NCBI GenBank assembly: GCA_965223295.1 | Contig: CBDCWC010000003.1 | Span: forward strand, 128,001-192,000 | Direction of reading: 5' to 3' | Source of the DNA: Nitrospirales bacterium | GTDB lineage: Bacteria > Nitrospirota > Nitrospiria > Nitrospirales > UBA8639 | Length of the DNA: 64,000 nt | In this document: piece after piece, positions 18,703-26,546 of the stretch | How positions within the stretch are numbered: the stretch's first letter is position 1 | How the letters are laid out: each line of letters begins with the position of its first letter | Notes under the pieces: generated by a model | Told to the model about the DNA's origin: nothing | The model's input: only the letters and a program-made list of their open reading frames with translations | Databases searched by the model: none | Position numbers and translations under genes: made by a program

Positions 18703-19653
18703 ATGGAATGGCTGAACTATCATCATCTACTCTATTTTTGGGTCGTTGCACGAGAAGGCAGTATCAAAAAAGCCTGTGAGGAGCTGCACATCACCCAACC
18801 CACCATCAGCAGTCAATTGCAAGCCTTGGAAGACGCCCTCGGGCACCAACTCTTCATCCGACGCCCTCGCCAGCTCGAGCTGACAGAAGCCGGCCAGGTT
18901 GTTTTTCGCTATGCAGAAGAGATTTTTTCGCTGGGGCAAGAAATGACACACGTACTGAAAGGGCAGTCATCTGACCGGCCTCTTCGGCTGAGAGTTGGTG
19001 TGATTGATTCCCTTCCGAAAATGATTGTCTATGAATTGCTCGAAGCAGCACTAAAAGCTGAGAAGCCAAATCATTTGATATGCGAAGAGGGCAAGCTCGA
19101 ACAGCTTCTTTCCGAGTTAGCCATCCACAAGTTGGACTTGGTTCTTTCCGATATGCCCATTCCTCCAACCATCCATATTCAAGCATACAATCATCTATTA
19201 GGAGAATCGGGAGTTCTTCTATTCGCGACACCTCACTTAGCTAAGACCTACCGCAAAAACTATCCGAAATCTTTGAACACCGCACCCTTATTACTTCCCA
19301 AACCCCATACGATTCTTCGGAAAGATGCCGAGAGTTGGTTGGCGCTGAATGAAATTCACCCCCACGTCGTAGGAGAGTTTGAGGACAGTGCTATGCAAAA
19401 GGCATTTGGACAGGCAGGACTGGGAATTTTTCCTGGGTCGGAAATCATGAAAGAAGAAATTTGTCGCCAATACCAAGTGGAGGTAGTTGGAGAAGTAGAA
19501 AACGTTATCCAACAATTCTATGCCCATACAGTAGACCGACGACTCAAACATCCCGCGATCGTGGCCATCTCTCAATTAGCGAAACATCGAACATTTGTAA
19601 AGAACAGAAAGAAAATTCTCAAAAAAGCAAACCGGACTCACCCGAAAGAGTGA
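18703..19653 (+). CDS. nhaR: Second NhaR-like LysR regulator
   Basis: MEWLNYHHLLYFWVVAREGSI...VVGEFEDSA...DRRLKHPAI. Confidence 0.88.
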   Translation: MEWLNYHHLLYFWVVAREGSIKKACEELHITQPTISSQLQALEDALGHQLFIRRPRQLELTEAGQVVFRYAEEIFSLGQEMTHVLKGQSSDRPLRLRVGVIDSLPKMIVYELLEAALKAEKPNHLICEEGKLEQLLSELAIHKLDLVLSDMPIPPTIHIQAYNHLLGESGVLLFATPHLAKTYRKNYPKSLNTAPLLLPKPHTILRKDAESWLALNEIHPHVVGEFEDSAMQKAFGQAGLGIFPGSEIMKEEICRQYQVEVVGEVENVIQQFYAHTVDRRLKHPAIVAISQLAKHRTFVKNRKKILKKANRTHPKE

Positions 19654-19673
19654 GTCCGGTTCTTGTCGCTCGA

Positions 19674-19808
19674 TTATGCAGCGATTTTTTTCTTGAATGA
19701 GACTGAGCGGAAATTTTCTCTAGGCTCCTCTTGGAAGGAAGCCCATACAGCAGCACCCCACATTCCGCCCATTAATAATAACATGGCAATTGTCGCTTCA
19801 AATAACAT
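19674..19808 (-). CDS. Small single-TM protein (44 aa, ends KKKIAA)
   Basis: SD GAAAGGAGG then MLFEATIAMLLLMGGMWGAAVWASFQEE...; follows the lipoprotein gene on the same strand. Confidence 0.65.
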   Translation of the reverse strand: MLFEATIAMLLLMGGMWGAAVWASFQEEPRENFRSVSFKKKIAA

Positions 19809-19887
19809 GGCCGTTCCTCCTTTCGTTTTACAGTGTTTAGGTTGATGATCCCAGAACCTCACTGGTTGCCTGATTAATAGATTTCCC

Positions 19888-20328
19888 CTATCCTTGATTA
19901 CCGGTCCAAGTCACCGATTTACTTACACTTTCTTTACTTGAAAGCGACTGCTTCTCCCTCAAAGAGTCGAGACTCGCTAACCGGGAGGCTTGGGCACGAT
20001 GCCAGACGACTTTTTCCTGAAGAGTCTCTATCTTGTTGAGGTTTGCCCCCCGGAGAATCTTCAAGCCATCCCGTCGAACATGTTTCGGATCTAAATATGG
20101 TTTCTGGTCAAAACCTGCGACTTTCTGGTCAATTCGAGCCGTCTGTTCTTCTAAGCGCTGAAGGTCTTGCTCAAGCATTTGTGCATAGCTCAGATGGTCC
20201 TCCGCACTGAGAAGAGGCTTCTCAAATGGATCAACAGGCATGACTGAGTTCATAAGTGGCGTCGTAGAACATCCACTGAGTCCGACGAAGAAAAGCCCAA
20301 TGAGGATCAACATTTTCAATCTTTTCAT
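19888..20328 (-). CDS. Uncharacterised lipoprotein (PYLDPK family, paralogue of 7438-7836)
   Basis: Lipobox LSG-C; PYLDPKHVRRDGL...VVWH; SD GAAAGGAGG. Confidence 0.75.
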   Translation of the reverse strand: MKRLKMLILIGLFFVGLSGCSTTPLMNSVMPVDPFEKPLLSAEDHLSYAQMLEQDLQRLEEQTARIDQKVAGFDQKPYLDPKHVRRDGLKILRGANLNKIETLQEKVVWHRAQASRLASLDSLREKQSLSSKESVSKSVTWTGNQG

Positions 20329-20419
20329 CTTGCTCCTCCTTTCTAAAATTCTGTCTAGTTTCTTAAGTCCAGTTTTGTGTTTCTTGTACTACTCTTAACA
20401 TAACGATCAATTGCAAAAT

Positions 20420-20461
20420 GACAAATTGATTTTATTTTCAAAATGGATAGAAAATTTCTAT
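20420..20461 (-). promoter_or_regulatory. LysR-type operator plus sigma70 -35 (copy 3 of 3)
   Basis: GACAAAT-N20-ATAGAAAATTTCTAT (perfect dyad, T-N11-A); minus strand TTGTCA-N16-TATGTT. Confidence 0.6.
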
Positions 20462-20595
20462 GAACTTCCAATCTGGACCTAGAGGGAGCAGGCTCACTCG
20501 CGCACAAATAAGAAGAAATGGGATGGGCTAGGCTGGGGGAACTATCTCGGCGTGAAAACTTATAAATTAAAACAACGAAAGATTTTCTTGAGGGC

Positions 20596-20636
20596 TTGAT
20601 TACCCTCGTATCATCGCAAGATACGAGGGTAATCAA
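20596..20636. terminator. 17-bp stem hairpin downstream of the minus-strand hsp20
   Basis: TTGATTACCCTCGTATC / GATACGAGGGTAATCAA. Confidence 0.65.
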
Positions 20637-20660
20637 ATTCCGACTGGTCAGATAATTCGC

Positions 20661-21197
20661 TTAGCCGATTGTAATTTTTCGTACTGGAGGCTTGGCCTTA
20701 GGATCTTTCGCAATGATAATCGTGAGAACGCCATCCGAAAATTTGGCTTTAACGGTGTTTTCGTCAGCATCAGTGGGCAAAGACAGGATACGCTGAAATG
20801 ATCCGTAAGACCGCTCGATCCGATGATAATGTTTATCATGTTCTTCTTGTTCCTCACGTTTTTCTCCTCGGATGGTCAAGGTGCCATCAATCAACGTCAA
20901 ATCAATATCTTTCTCCTTGACCCCGGGAACCTCTACGGTAATTGTGTAGTCCTTCTGACTTTCCCCGATATCTACCTGCGGCATGAGCAGACTTCCCCAC
21001 CTTTTACGCTCCTGTTTGCGAACAGGCGAAAAAGGAAAGCCCTGAAACGCCCGATCAAACAATGTGTCAAGATCATGGTGCAATCGACTCAGAGGGTGTT
21101 CTCTTGATTGCAACGAATTGTGACCTTGACTCGTGTGTGATTGCTCCTCTTCTTTTTTAAACCAATTCCACGGTGTCAACAGATTTTTGAGTTCCAT
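20661..21197 (-). CDS. Hsp20 small heat-shock protein
   Basis: MELKNLLTPWNWFKKEE; PQVDI.E...VEVPGV...IRGEK...IERSYGSFQRILSLP...FSDGVLTI...RKITI. Confidence 0.95.
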   Translation of the reverse strand: MELKNLLTPWNWFKKEEEQSHTSQGHNSLQSREHPLSRLHHDLDTLFDRAFQGFPFSPVRKQERKRWGSLLMPQVDIGESQKDYTITVEVPGVKEKDIDLTLIDGTLTIRGEKREEQEEHDKHYHRIERSYGSFQRILSLPTDADENTVKAKFSDGVLTIIIAKDPKAKPPVRKITIG

Positions 21198-21301
21198 AAT
21201 GGCAGCCTCCTTTCTTTTGGATTTATCGCCTGAATGTCCTGAGTCCCCTCTTCCTTGATCATTTATTTTTTAGGGGACACGAGCATTGTTCTACCTCTAG
21301 A

Positions 21302-21328
21302 GGTAAGCTCTTTTATGAAAAAATCAAG
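21302..21328 (-). promoter_or_regulatory. Candidate sigma32-like promoter for hsp20
   Basis: CTTGAT-N15-CTTACC on the minus strand. Confidence 0.55.
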
Positions 21329-21341
21329 CTGTGAAGAAACA

Positions 21342-21406
21342 CCTCTGACATGGTACGTCGCAGAGACGAAATGTGGCCGTTGATATCCTCATTATTCAAC
21401 ACTCCC
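21342..21406 (+). mobile_element. MITE copy 5 (partial, 3' arm only)
   Basis: ACATG..ACGTCGCAGAGACGAAATGTGGCC.TTGATATC.TCATTATTCAACACTCCC matches copy 1 at 3943-4007. Confidence 0.8.
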
Positions 21407-21442
21407 AGCATCGAAATGTGCCGCTCTACTTCACAGCCCCCT

Positions 21443-21469
21443 CTTGACTTTTTTTCATTGGGAATTATT
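21443..21469 (+). promoter_or_regulatory. Candidate sigma32-like promoter for the small-protein genes
   Basis: CTTGAC-N15-ATTATT. Confidence 0.6.
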
Positions 21470-21543
21470 ACAAAAAATCATGAAGAGAACAGAAGAACAG
21501 TTGAGAGACCCTGCAGACAACACGATGAAAGGAGGTGAATGCT

Positions 21544-21711
21544 ATGGGTGAATTTATGGAAGGGCTGATGGCCGTCATGGGGATCATGGCGGGCATGATG
21601 GTTGCCATCACCGCACTGTTGGACGGTAACGCTCCACGTAGCGGTCAAGGAGATGAGTCCCGTCATGCGCCCCGTACCATTCGCCCACAACAAGGACGGA
21701 TGGCTGCATAA
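21544..21711 (+). CDS. Small single-TM protein (55 aa, not in ORF track)
   Basis: SD GAAAGGAGGTG; MGEFMEGLMAVMGIMAGMMVAITALLDGNAPRSGQGDESRHAPRTIRPQQGRMAA*. Confidence 0.65.
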   Translation: MGEFMEGLMAVMGIMAGMMVAITALLDGNAPRSGQGDESRHAPRTIRPQQGRMAA

Positions 21712-21800
21712 GACGAAGACGCGGGGCCAGCGCACTCGCAATCTGTCCTCTCAATATTCTCCTATTCCTGGTCAAATCAACTTGAAAGGAGGAATTGATT

Positions 21801-22121
21801 ATGAAAAAGATTCTATTCGTTGCCACAATCGTCATGAGTGTTGTGTTGGTCAGCTCGCTGGCCCTTGGGAGCCCTGCCCTGCTCCCAAAACATCCAGGGT
21901 ACCCAATGGGTGAATTCAAAGATCCTGTTTCGGGAATGCCCACAGCCAATGACCCAGGACAATCAGTGCCTTCACCTGAAGAGGCGATACAATTGGCATC
22001 TCAGTTTCATGATGCCTATGTCGTCAATCAGGTAAAGGAATATCGTCCAAACATCGTGCACGACTTCATGGAGAGTGGAGAGGCAAACCAGACAAACACC
22101 TCTCAGGAAAGTGATAGCTAA
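21801..22121 (+). CDS. Secreted/periplasmic hypothetical protein (HPGYP motif)
   Basis: SD GAAAGGAGG; signal peptide MKKILFVATIV...ALG; PALLPKHPGYPMG...ANDPGQ. Confidence 0.75.
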   Translation: MKKILFVATIVMSVVLVSSLALGSPALLPKHPGYPMGEFKDPVSGMPTANDPGQSVPSPEEAIQLASQFHDAYVVNQVKEYRPNIVHDFMESGEANQTNTSQESDS

Positions 22122-22188
22122 GCATGGAGTCTGAAACGACCACAATCCACCTACTTATCAACAACTAACAGGAATAGGGGAACTCATG

Positions 22189-22221
22189 AAAGAGGGGATC
22201 GGATGATCCCCTCTTTTTTTT
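22189..22221 (+). terminator. Rho-independent terminator
   Basis: AAAGAGGGGATC-GGAT-GATCCCCTC followed by T8. Confidence 0.85.
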
Positions 22222-22231
22222 GCGCTCAAGA

Positions 22232-22258
22232 CTTGACTCATGAATTTTTGAATTTATT
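22232..22258 (+). promoter_or_regulatory. Candidate sigma32-like promoter for the hsp20 pair
   Basis: CTTGAC-N15-TTTATT. Confidence 0.6.
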
Positions 22259-22362
22259 TCTAAGCATAGAGAGGGTATATGAGTGAGACTTTTGGCACAT
22301 AATACGAAGCAAGCTTCAGACCTGAGGAATTCTCATTTCTTACAGAAAAGGAGGGAAAAGTT

Positions 22363-22824
22363 ATGCTGATTCGACGAGTAAAAAGTTGGCCTTTGGAACA
22401 CCAGCTGAATGGACTTTCAGATTTTGATCGGTTACGGCGTGACTTGAGTCAAATCCTCACAACCCCAGGAGGGCAAGTAGGGCTAGATTCACCGGCTGGC
22501 GTGTATCCTTTTCTCAATGTGACCCAGGATCAAGACAATTTCTATGTTCGATCAGAAATTCCGGGGATGACCTTAGATGAGTTAGACGTTTCTGTGACAG
22601 GACGAAATGTGACCATTTCTGGTGAAAGAACGATCCCATCTGAGGAGCAAGAAGTACGCTATCATCGACGGGAACGAGAAGCCGGAAAATTTCGACGGCA
22701 ATTTAACCTGCCCACAGATGTTGAAGCCGAAAAAGTTGAGGCGAAATATCGCCATGGCATGCTCATGATTGTGCTACCCAAAGCAGAAAGTGCAAAGCCG
22801 AGGAAAATCTCTATAAATGGCTGA
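22363..22824 (+). CDS. Hsp20 small heat-shock protein
   Basis: YPFLNV...EIPGM...ISGER...HRRER..GKFRRQFNLP...YRHGML...KPRKISI. Confidence 0.95.
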   Translation: MLIRRVKSWPLEHQLNGLSDFDRLRRDLSQILTTPGGQVGLDSPAGVYPFLNVTQDQDNFYVRSEIPGMTLDELDVSVTGRNVTISGERTIPSEEQEVRYHRREREAGKFRRQFNLPTDVEAEKVEAKYRHGMLMIVLPKAESAKPRKISING

Positions 22825-22878
22825 TGAAGAATTGAACAAGAGCAATATTTTTTTCATACGAAAGAAAGGAGAATAGTC

Positions 22879-23286
22879 ATGGCGGCAGCAACACAAGATA
22901 TTCAAGCTCGAGATAAGCAAGAAGTGCAATCCACGTCAGAACAAACCACACCCGGTCGAGTGTTTTCTCCACTTGTGGATATTTTTGAAGATGATCAGGC
23001 GTTAACAATTGTCGCCGATATGCCGGGAGTCCCATCAGATAATGTCAGCATTGACCTTCAAGAGGATATCCTCACACTCACAGGCGTTCCAACCTTGTCG
23101 GTTCCCGACAACGAGGAAGTCGTCGTGCAGGAGTTTGAAACAGGAAAATACTTTCGACAATTTACACTCTCTGAAGTCATTGATCAGCCAAATATTAAAG
23201 CCAACTTGAATCATGGGGTGCTTCGCGTCACACTTCCAAAAGTTGGCCCCGCCAAACCACGCAAGATTCAGATCACGGAAAACTAA
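22879..23286 (+). CDS. Hsp20 small heat-shock protein
   Basis: PLVDIFE...ADMPGV...YFRQFTL...LNHGVLRVTLPK...KPRKIQI. Confidence 0.95.
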   Translation: MAAATQDIQARDKQEVQSTSEQTTPGRVFSPLVDIFEDDQALTIVADMPGVPSDNVSIDLQEDILTLTGVPTLSVPDNEEVVVQEFETGKYFRQFTLSEVIDQPNIKANLNHGVLRVTLPKVGPAKPRKIQITEN

Positions 23287-23297
23287 GTCTGGCGCAA

Positions 23298-23340
23298 AAA
23301 GAAACGGGAGCTGATTTCGATCAGCTCCCGTTTCTTTATT
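23298..23340. terminator. Bidirectional Rho-independent terminator
   Basis: AAAGAAACGGGAGCTGAT-TTCG-ATCAGCTCCCGTTTCTTT between convergent genes. Confidence 0.88.
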
Positions 23341-23450
23341 TTGGCCAATAGTATTCTCTACTCTCTATGTCTCTCGAAAGGCTTTATGATTTATCAAGTA
23401 TGTCATCTTACACATGGAACCCCGATTAAATATGGCTGAAAAGACAACAT

Positions 23451-23640
23451 GGGTTTGTTGAAAAAAGCCGTCAGCGGCGTTCTCGCCATTGTTCCGTGCT
23501 CACTACTGCCAGTATGCTCCGCACGAAAAAATAGCTACGGCCTTGCTGAACGGACTGTTTTGAACAGACCCGACGTTGTTGATCGCCAAGGGCTTCCTGA
23601 CGAAAGATGGCTTTTGATATCTTCACTATTCAACGCTCCT
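23451..23640 (+). mobile_element. MITE copy 6 (190 bp, decayed)
   Basis: GGGTTTGTTGAA...TTCAACGCTCCT; flanks AACAT and ATCTT (3 of 5 match). Confidence 0.85.
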
Positions 23641-23698
23641 ATCTTAGGCTTCATCGAACATTGTCAGAGAGATGGAATCTAAGTTTCTACAGTTGTCA

Positions 23699-25216
23699 CT
23701 ATATCTTCACAGTCAAGTAGAGCGCGCCTTTTCCACGATGAATAAAGATGAGGGCATCTTTTTCTTGTTCTAAGTGAGACACCACTTTCCTGAAGTCTTT
23801 CTCCGATCGAACCGGTTGACGATTAATTTCGGAAATCACATCGCCCTGAGCCAAGCCAGCTCGTTCAGCATCACTACCTGGCCTCACCTCCATCACCACA
23901 ACACCGTTGACCTCCTCAGTGATTCCTAACTGTTGAGCCATTCGTCCATCCAAATCCTGAACGGCCACACCAGCCAAGGGGCCATCATGATTCATTGAAT
24001 GAGTTCGTGCCACTCGTGTCGGCTGATCTTGTTCACGAATAACTGGATGAAGATTCACCTTTTTTCCTTCTCGCATGACAATCAGAGAAATTTCGTTTCC
24101 CACAACTGTCCCAATCACCTGGCCTTGTAACATCCGTGGATCATCTACAGTTTGACCTTCGTATTCCACAATCACATCGCCACGTTGAATCCCCGCTTGA
24201 TCGGCAGGGCTCCCGGGTATCACATTCGTCACTAAGGCTCCATGTGCATTCTCTAGATTGAATGACTCAGCTAAATCCGACGTCACGGCTTGAATCCCAA
24301 CTCCCAAGTAACCTCGAACTACCGATCCGGTCTTGACGAGACTGCCATAGATAGGTTTGGCCAATTTCGTAGGAACCGCAAACCCTACACCCTGATAGCC
24401 GCCTGTACGAGAGAAAATAGCCGTGTTGATCCCAACAAGTTCCCCTCGAGTATTGACTAAGGCTCCTCCGGAATTCCCTGGGTTAATTGCCGCATCCGTC
24501 TGGATAAAATCTTCGTATTGAGTAATCCCCATCCCGCCACGGCCTAACGCACTCACAATTCCCAAGGTAACCGTGGAATTCAACCCAAAAGGATTACCTA
24601 CTGCCAACACATACTCTCCCACTTTCAGACTGGATGAATCGCCCCATGGGACAAAGGGAAGATCAGAGGCTTCCAATTTAATCACTGCCAGATCGGTTTG
24701 CGGATCAAGCCCCACAACTGTTCCTTGAAATTCCCGTTTATCTGGCAGAGTCACCGTAATCTCTTCAGCATTCTCCACGACATGATTATTGGTTAGGACA
24801 TAGCCATCAGTTGAAACAATGACACCGGAACCAGCACCCTGTCGCTCCGGAAGAGGCATCTCCTTGTGACGAGGTGGATACTGAGGAGTGCCTGGCAACC
24901 CAAAGAACTCCCTCATGGGATCAAATGGCAAACCAGACATAGGAACAGCAGCTTGTTTGCTGACTGTGATATTCACCACTGCGGGTGTCACACGTTGAGC
25001 AATATCCGCAAATCCCCCTTTCTGAAAATACGGGGGATCCGTCGTGCTCATACTCTGATTGGCATGCGCACTATGAGCTAAGGTCGGAACTGAAGTATTC
25101 CAGGAACCAAACAACAAGGCCCCGACAAGAATACCTATCCCTGCCAAACCTAAACTTTTTTGCCATACTGGCCTCAAGTTCCATTGAGCGATAGATTCTT
25201 TTTCGTTCTGCTTCAT
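23699..25216 (-). CDS. degP: Second DegP/HtrA serine protease
   Basis: GSGVI, TNNHVV, QTDAAINPGNSGGAL, two PDZ domains; start ATG 25216 after AAGGAGG. Confidence 0.95.
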   Translation of the reverse strand: MKQNEKESIAQWNLRPVWQKSLGLAGIGILVGALLFGSWNTSVPTLAHSAHANQSMSTTDPPYFQKGGFADIAQRVTPAVVNITVSKQAAVPMSGLPFDPMREFFGLPGTPQYPPRHKEMPLPERQGAGSGVIVSTDGYVLTNNHVVENAEEITVTLPDKREFQGTVVGLDPQTDLAVIKLEASDLPFVPWGDSSSLKVGEYVLAVGNPFGLNSTVTLGIVSALGRGGMGITQYEDFIQTDAAINPGNSGGALVNTRGELVGINTAIFSRTGGYQGVGFAVPTKLAKPIYGSLVKTGSVVRGYLGVGIQAVTSDLAESFNLENAHGALVTNVIPGSPADQAGIQRGDVIVEYEGQTVDDPRMLQGQVIGTVVGNEISLIVMREGKKVNLHPVIREQDQPTRVARTHSMNHDGPLAGVAVQDLDGRMAQQLGITEEVNGVVVMEVRPGSDAERAGLAQGDVISEINRQPVRSEKDFRKVVSHLEQEKDALIFIHRGKGALYLTVKI

Positions 25217-25293
25217 AGATATTCCTCCTTGATGAAAATTAGCTGACAGCATATCTTGTTCTTTCAAGAAGAATACCGCCTCTCTATGATATG

Positions 25294-25313
25294 CAGATTA
25301 AACACAGATTAAA
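25294..25313 (-). promoter_or_regulatory. 11-bp-period direct repeat upstream of the second degP (candidate OmpR/PhoB-family box)
   Basis: CAGATTAAA-CA-CAGATTAAA. Confidence 0.5.
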
Positions 25314-25476
25314 AATTTTTAAGACTGGCGAAGAAAGATGAGAAGGTCTGGTGAATTACGCTAGCGGGAAGGGAGAGATTGCAGGCATGAGACGAGTAGA
25401 GAGCAGCCTGCTAAAGTCTGGCCACCAGAACATAGCTGAATGTTTCCTGGTGGCCGGGGTTCGAGTCTTAATCTTT

Positions 25477-26244
25477 TTACACGACACCAGAGTAGTATCG
25501 GATGACATCAGACACTGATACGACTCCGACAATTCGGCTACTTTCGGTGACAGCTAAATGTCGCGTACTTTTTTCTTTCATCAGACGGACGGCTTCAACA
25601 ATCGGATCACTCGTTTCGATGGTGACCAAGGGTTCCCGCATACAGGTCTTTACCGTGGTCGTTGAAGGATCGGCACCTAAGGCCACGACTTCATGCGTTA
25701 ACTCGGTCTCAGAAATCGATCCGATGTAGTCATCACCACTTTGGACTAGCAGCGACCCAATTTTCCATTTCTGCAAGGCTTGCCCAGCCTCCCGAAGCGT
25801 GGAATCGAGAGAGATAGCACGAACGGATTTTGCCATAAAATCGGAAACACGAGGTCCAGTCTTTTTTGGCCTTCGCGATTCCTTGGCCAACGAAGCCCGG
25901 CGAGCTTCCAAATCAGCAACCGCACTTTCCAGCACACGATGCCGTTGACGAATCGTTTCTCGTTGAGTCTGAGCATTGGCCCCTTCAGGCGCCTCATCCG
26001 TCAAATTCAGAAGGCCAGCCGCTTCGCCCACTTCAGCATATGCATAGGTATCTAAAATTGAGGAAGAACTTCCAAACACGTCGGCCAACAAATCCTCTGC
26101 TACCGTATCAAACTGGTCTAAGGTTTCTGCCGAGGGCTCATTCATTAAATGTTTTTTCAAGACATCCAACTGCTGACGCAAGCGTTGGATGTCCTGATCT
26201 AACGACTGGGCTCGATCAGGTTTCGTGGCCAACTGGGAATCCAT
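25477..26244 (-). CDS. CBS-pair protein with an unrecognised helical N-terminal domain
   Basis: VSDFM...IGSLLV...IGSISETEL...VKTCM...RHLAV...VGVVSVSD. Confidence 0.85.
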   Translation of the reverse strand: MDSQLATKPDRAQSLDQDIQRLRQQLDVLKKHLMNEPSAETLDQFDTVAEDLLADVFGSSSSILDTYAYAEVGEAAGLLNLTDEAPEGANAQTQRETIRQRHRVLESAVADLEARRASLAKESRRPKKTGPRVSDFMAKSVRAISLDSTLREAGQALQKWKIGSLLVQSGDDYIGSISETELTHEVVALGADPSTTTVKTCMREPLVTIETSDPIVEAVRLMKEKSTRHLAVTESSRIVGVVSVSDVIRYYSGVV

Positions 26245-26546
26245 AAAGCCTCCTCTGCTGGAAAGATAAAAAGTTGTTTGATCCTAACCGACCCGAAAAA
26301 GTTGGGCAACCTACCATCAATAGTCGCTCCAATTCAGTACAACATGTTGGCATTTCTCAACCCATCTGACCCTGCCCCCTCACCTTTATCCTCTCCCCCA
26401 AGGAGCGAGAAGATAGGAGAACACCACGACAAGACTCTCCAGAGAGTATCAACGGAAGTTATCTGTGGTAATACGATAGACCCACTCAAGGGAACGAGTG
26501 CGATCGAGCTACGTCATAGAAGAAAACTAATAAACTCTATGGAGTG

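Noticed and set aside
21198-22362. CIRCE/HAIR operators or ROSE thermometers at hsp20 genes
   Set aside because: No TTAGCACTC-N9-GAGTGCTAA or CTTGAGT-N7-ACTCAAG seen; SD-occluding hairpins are weak.
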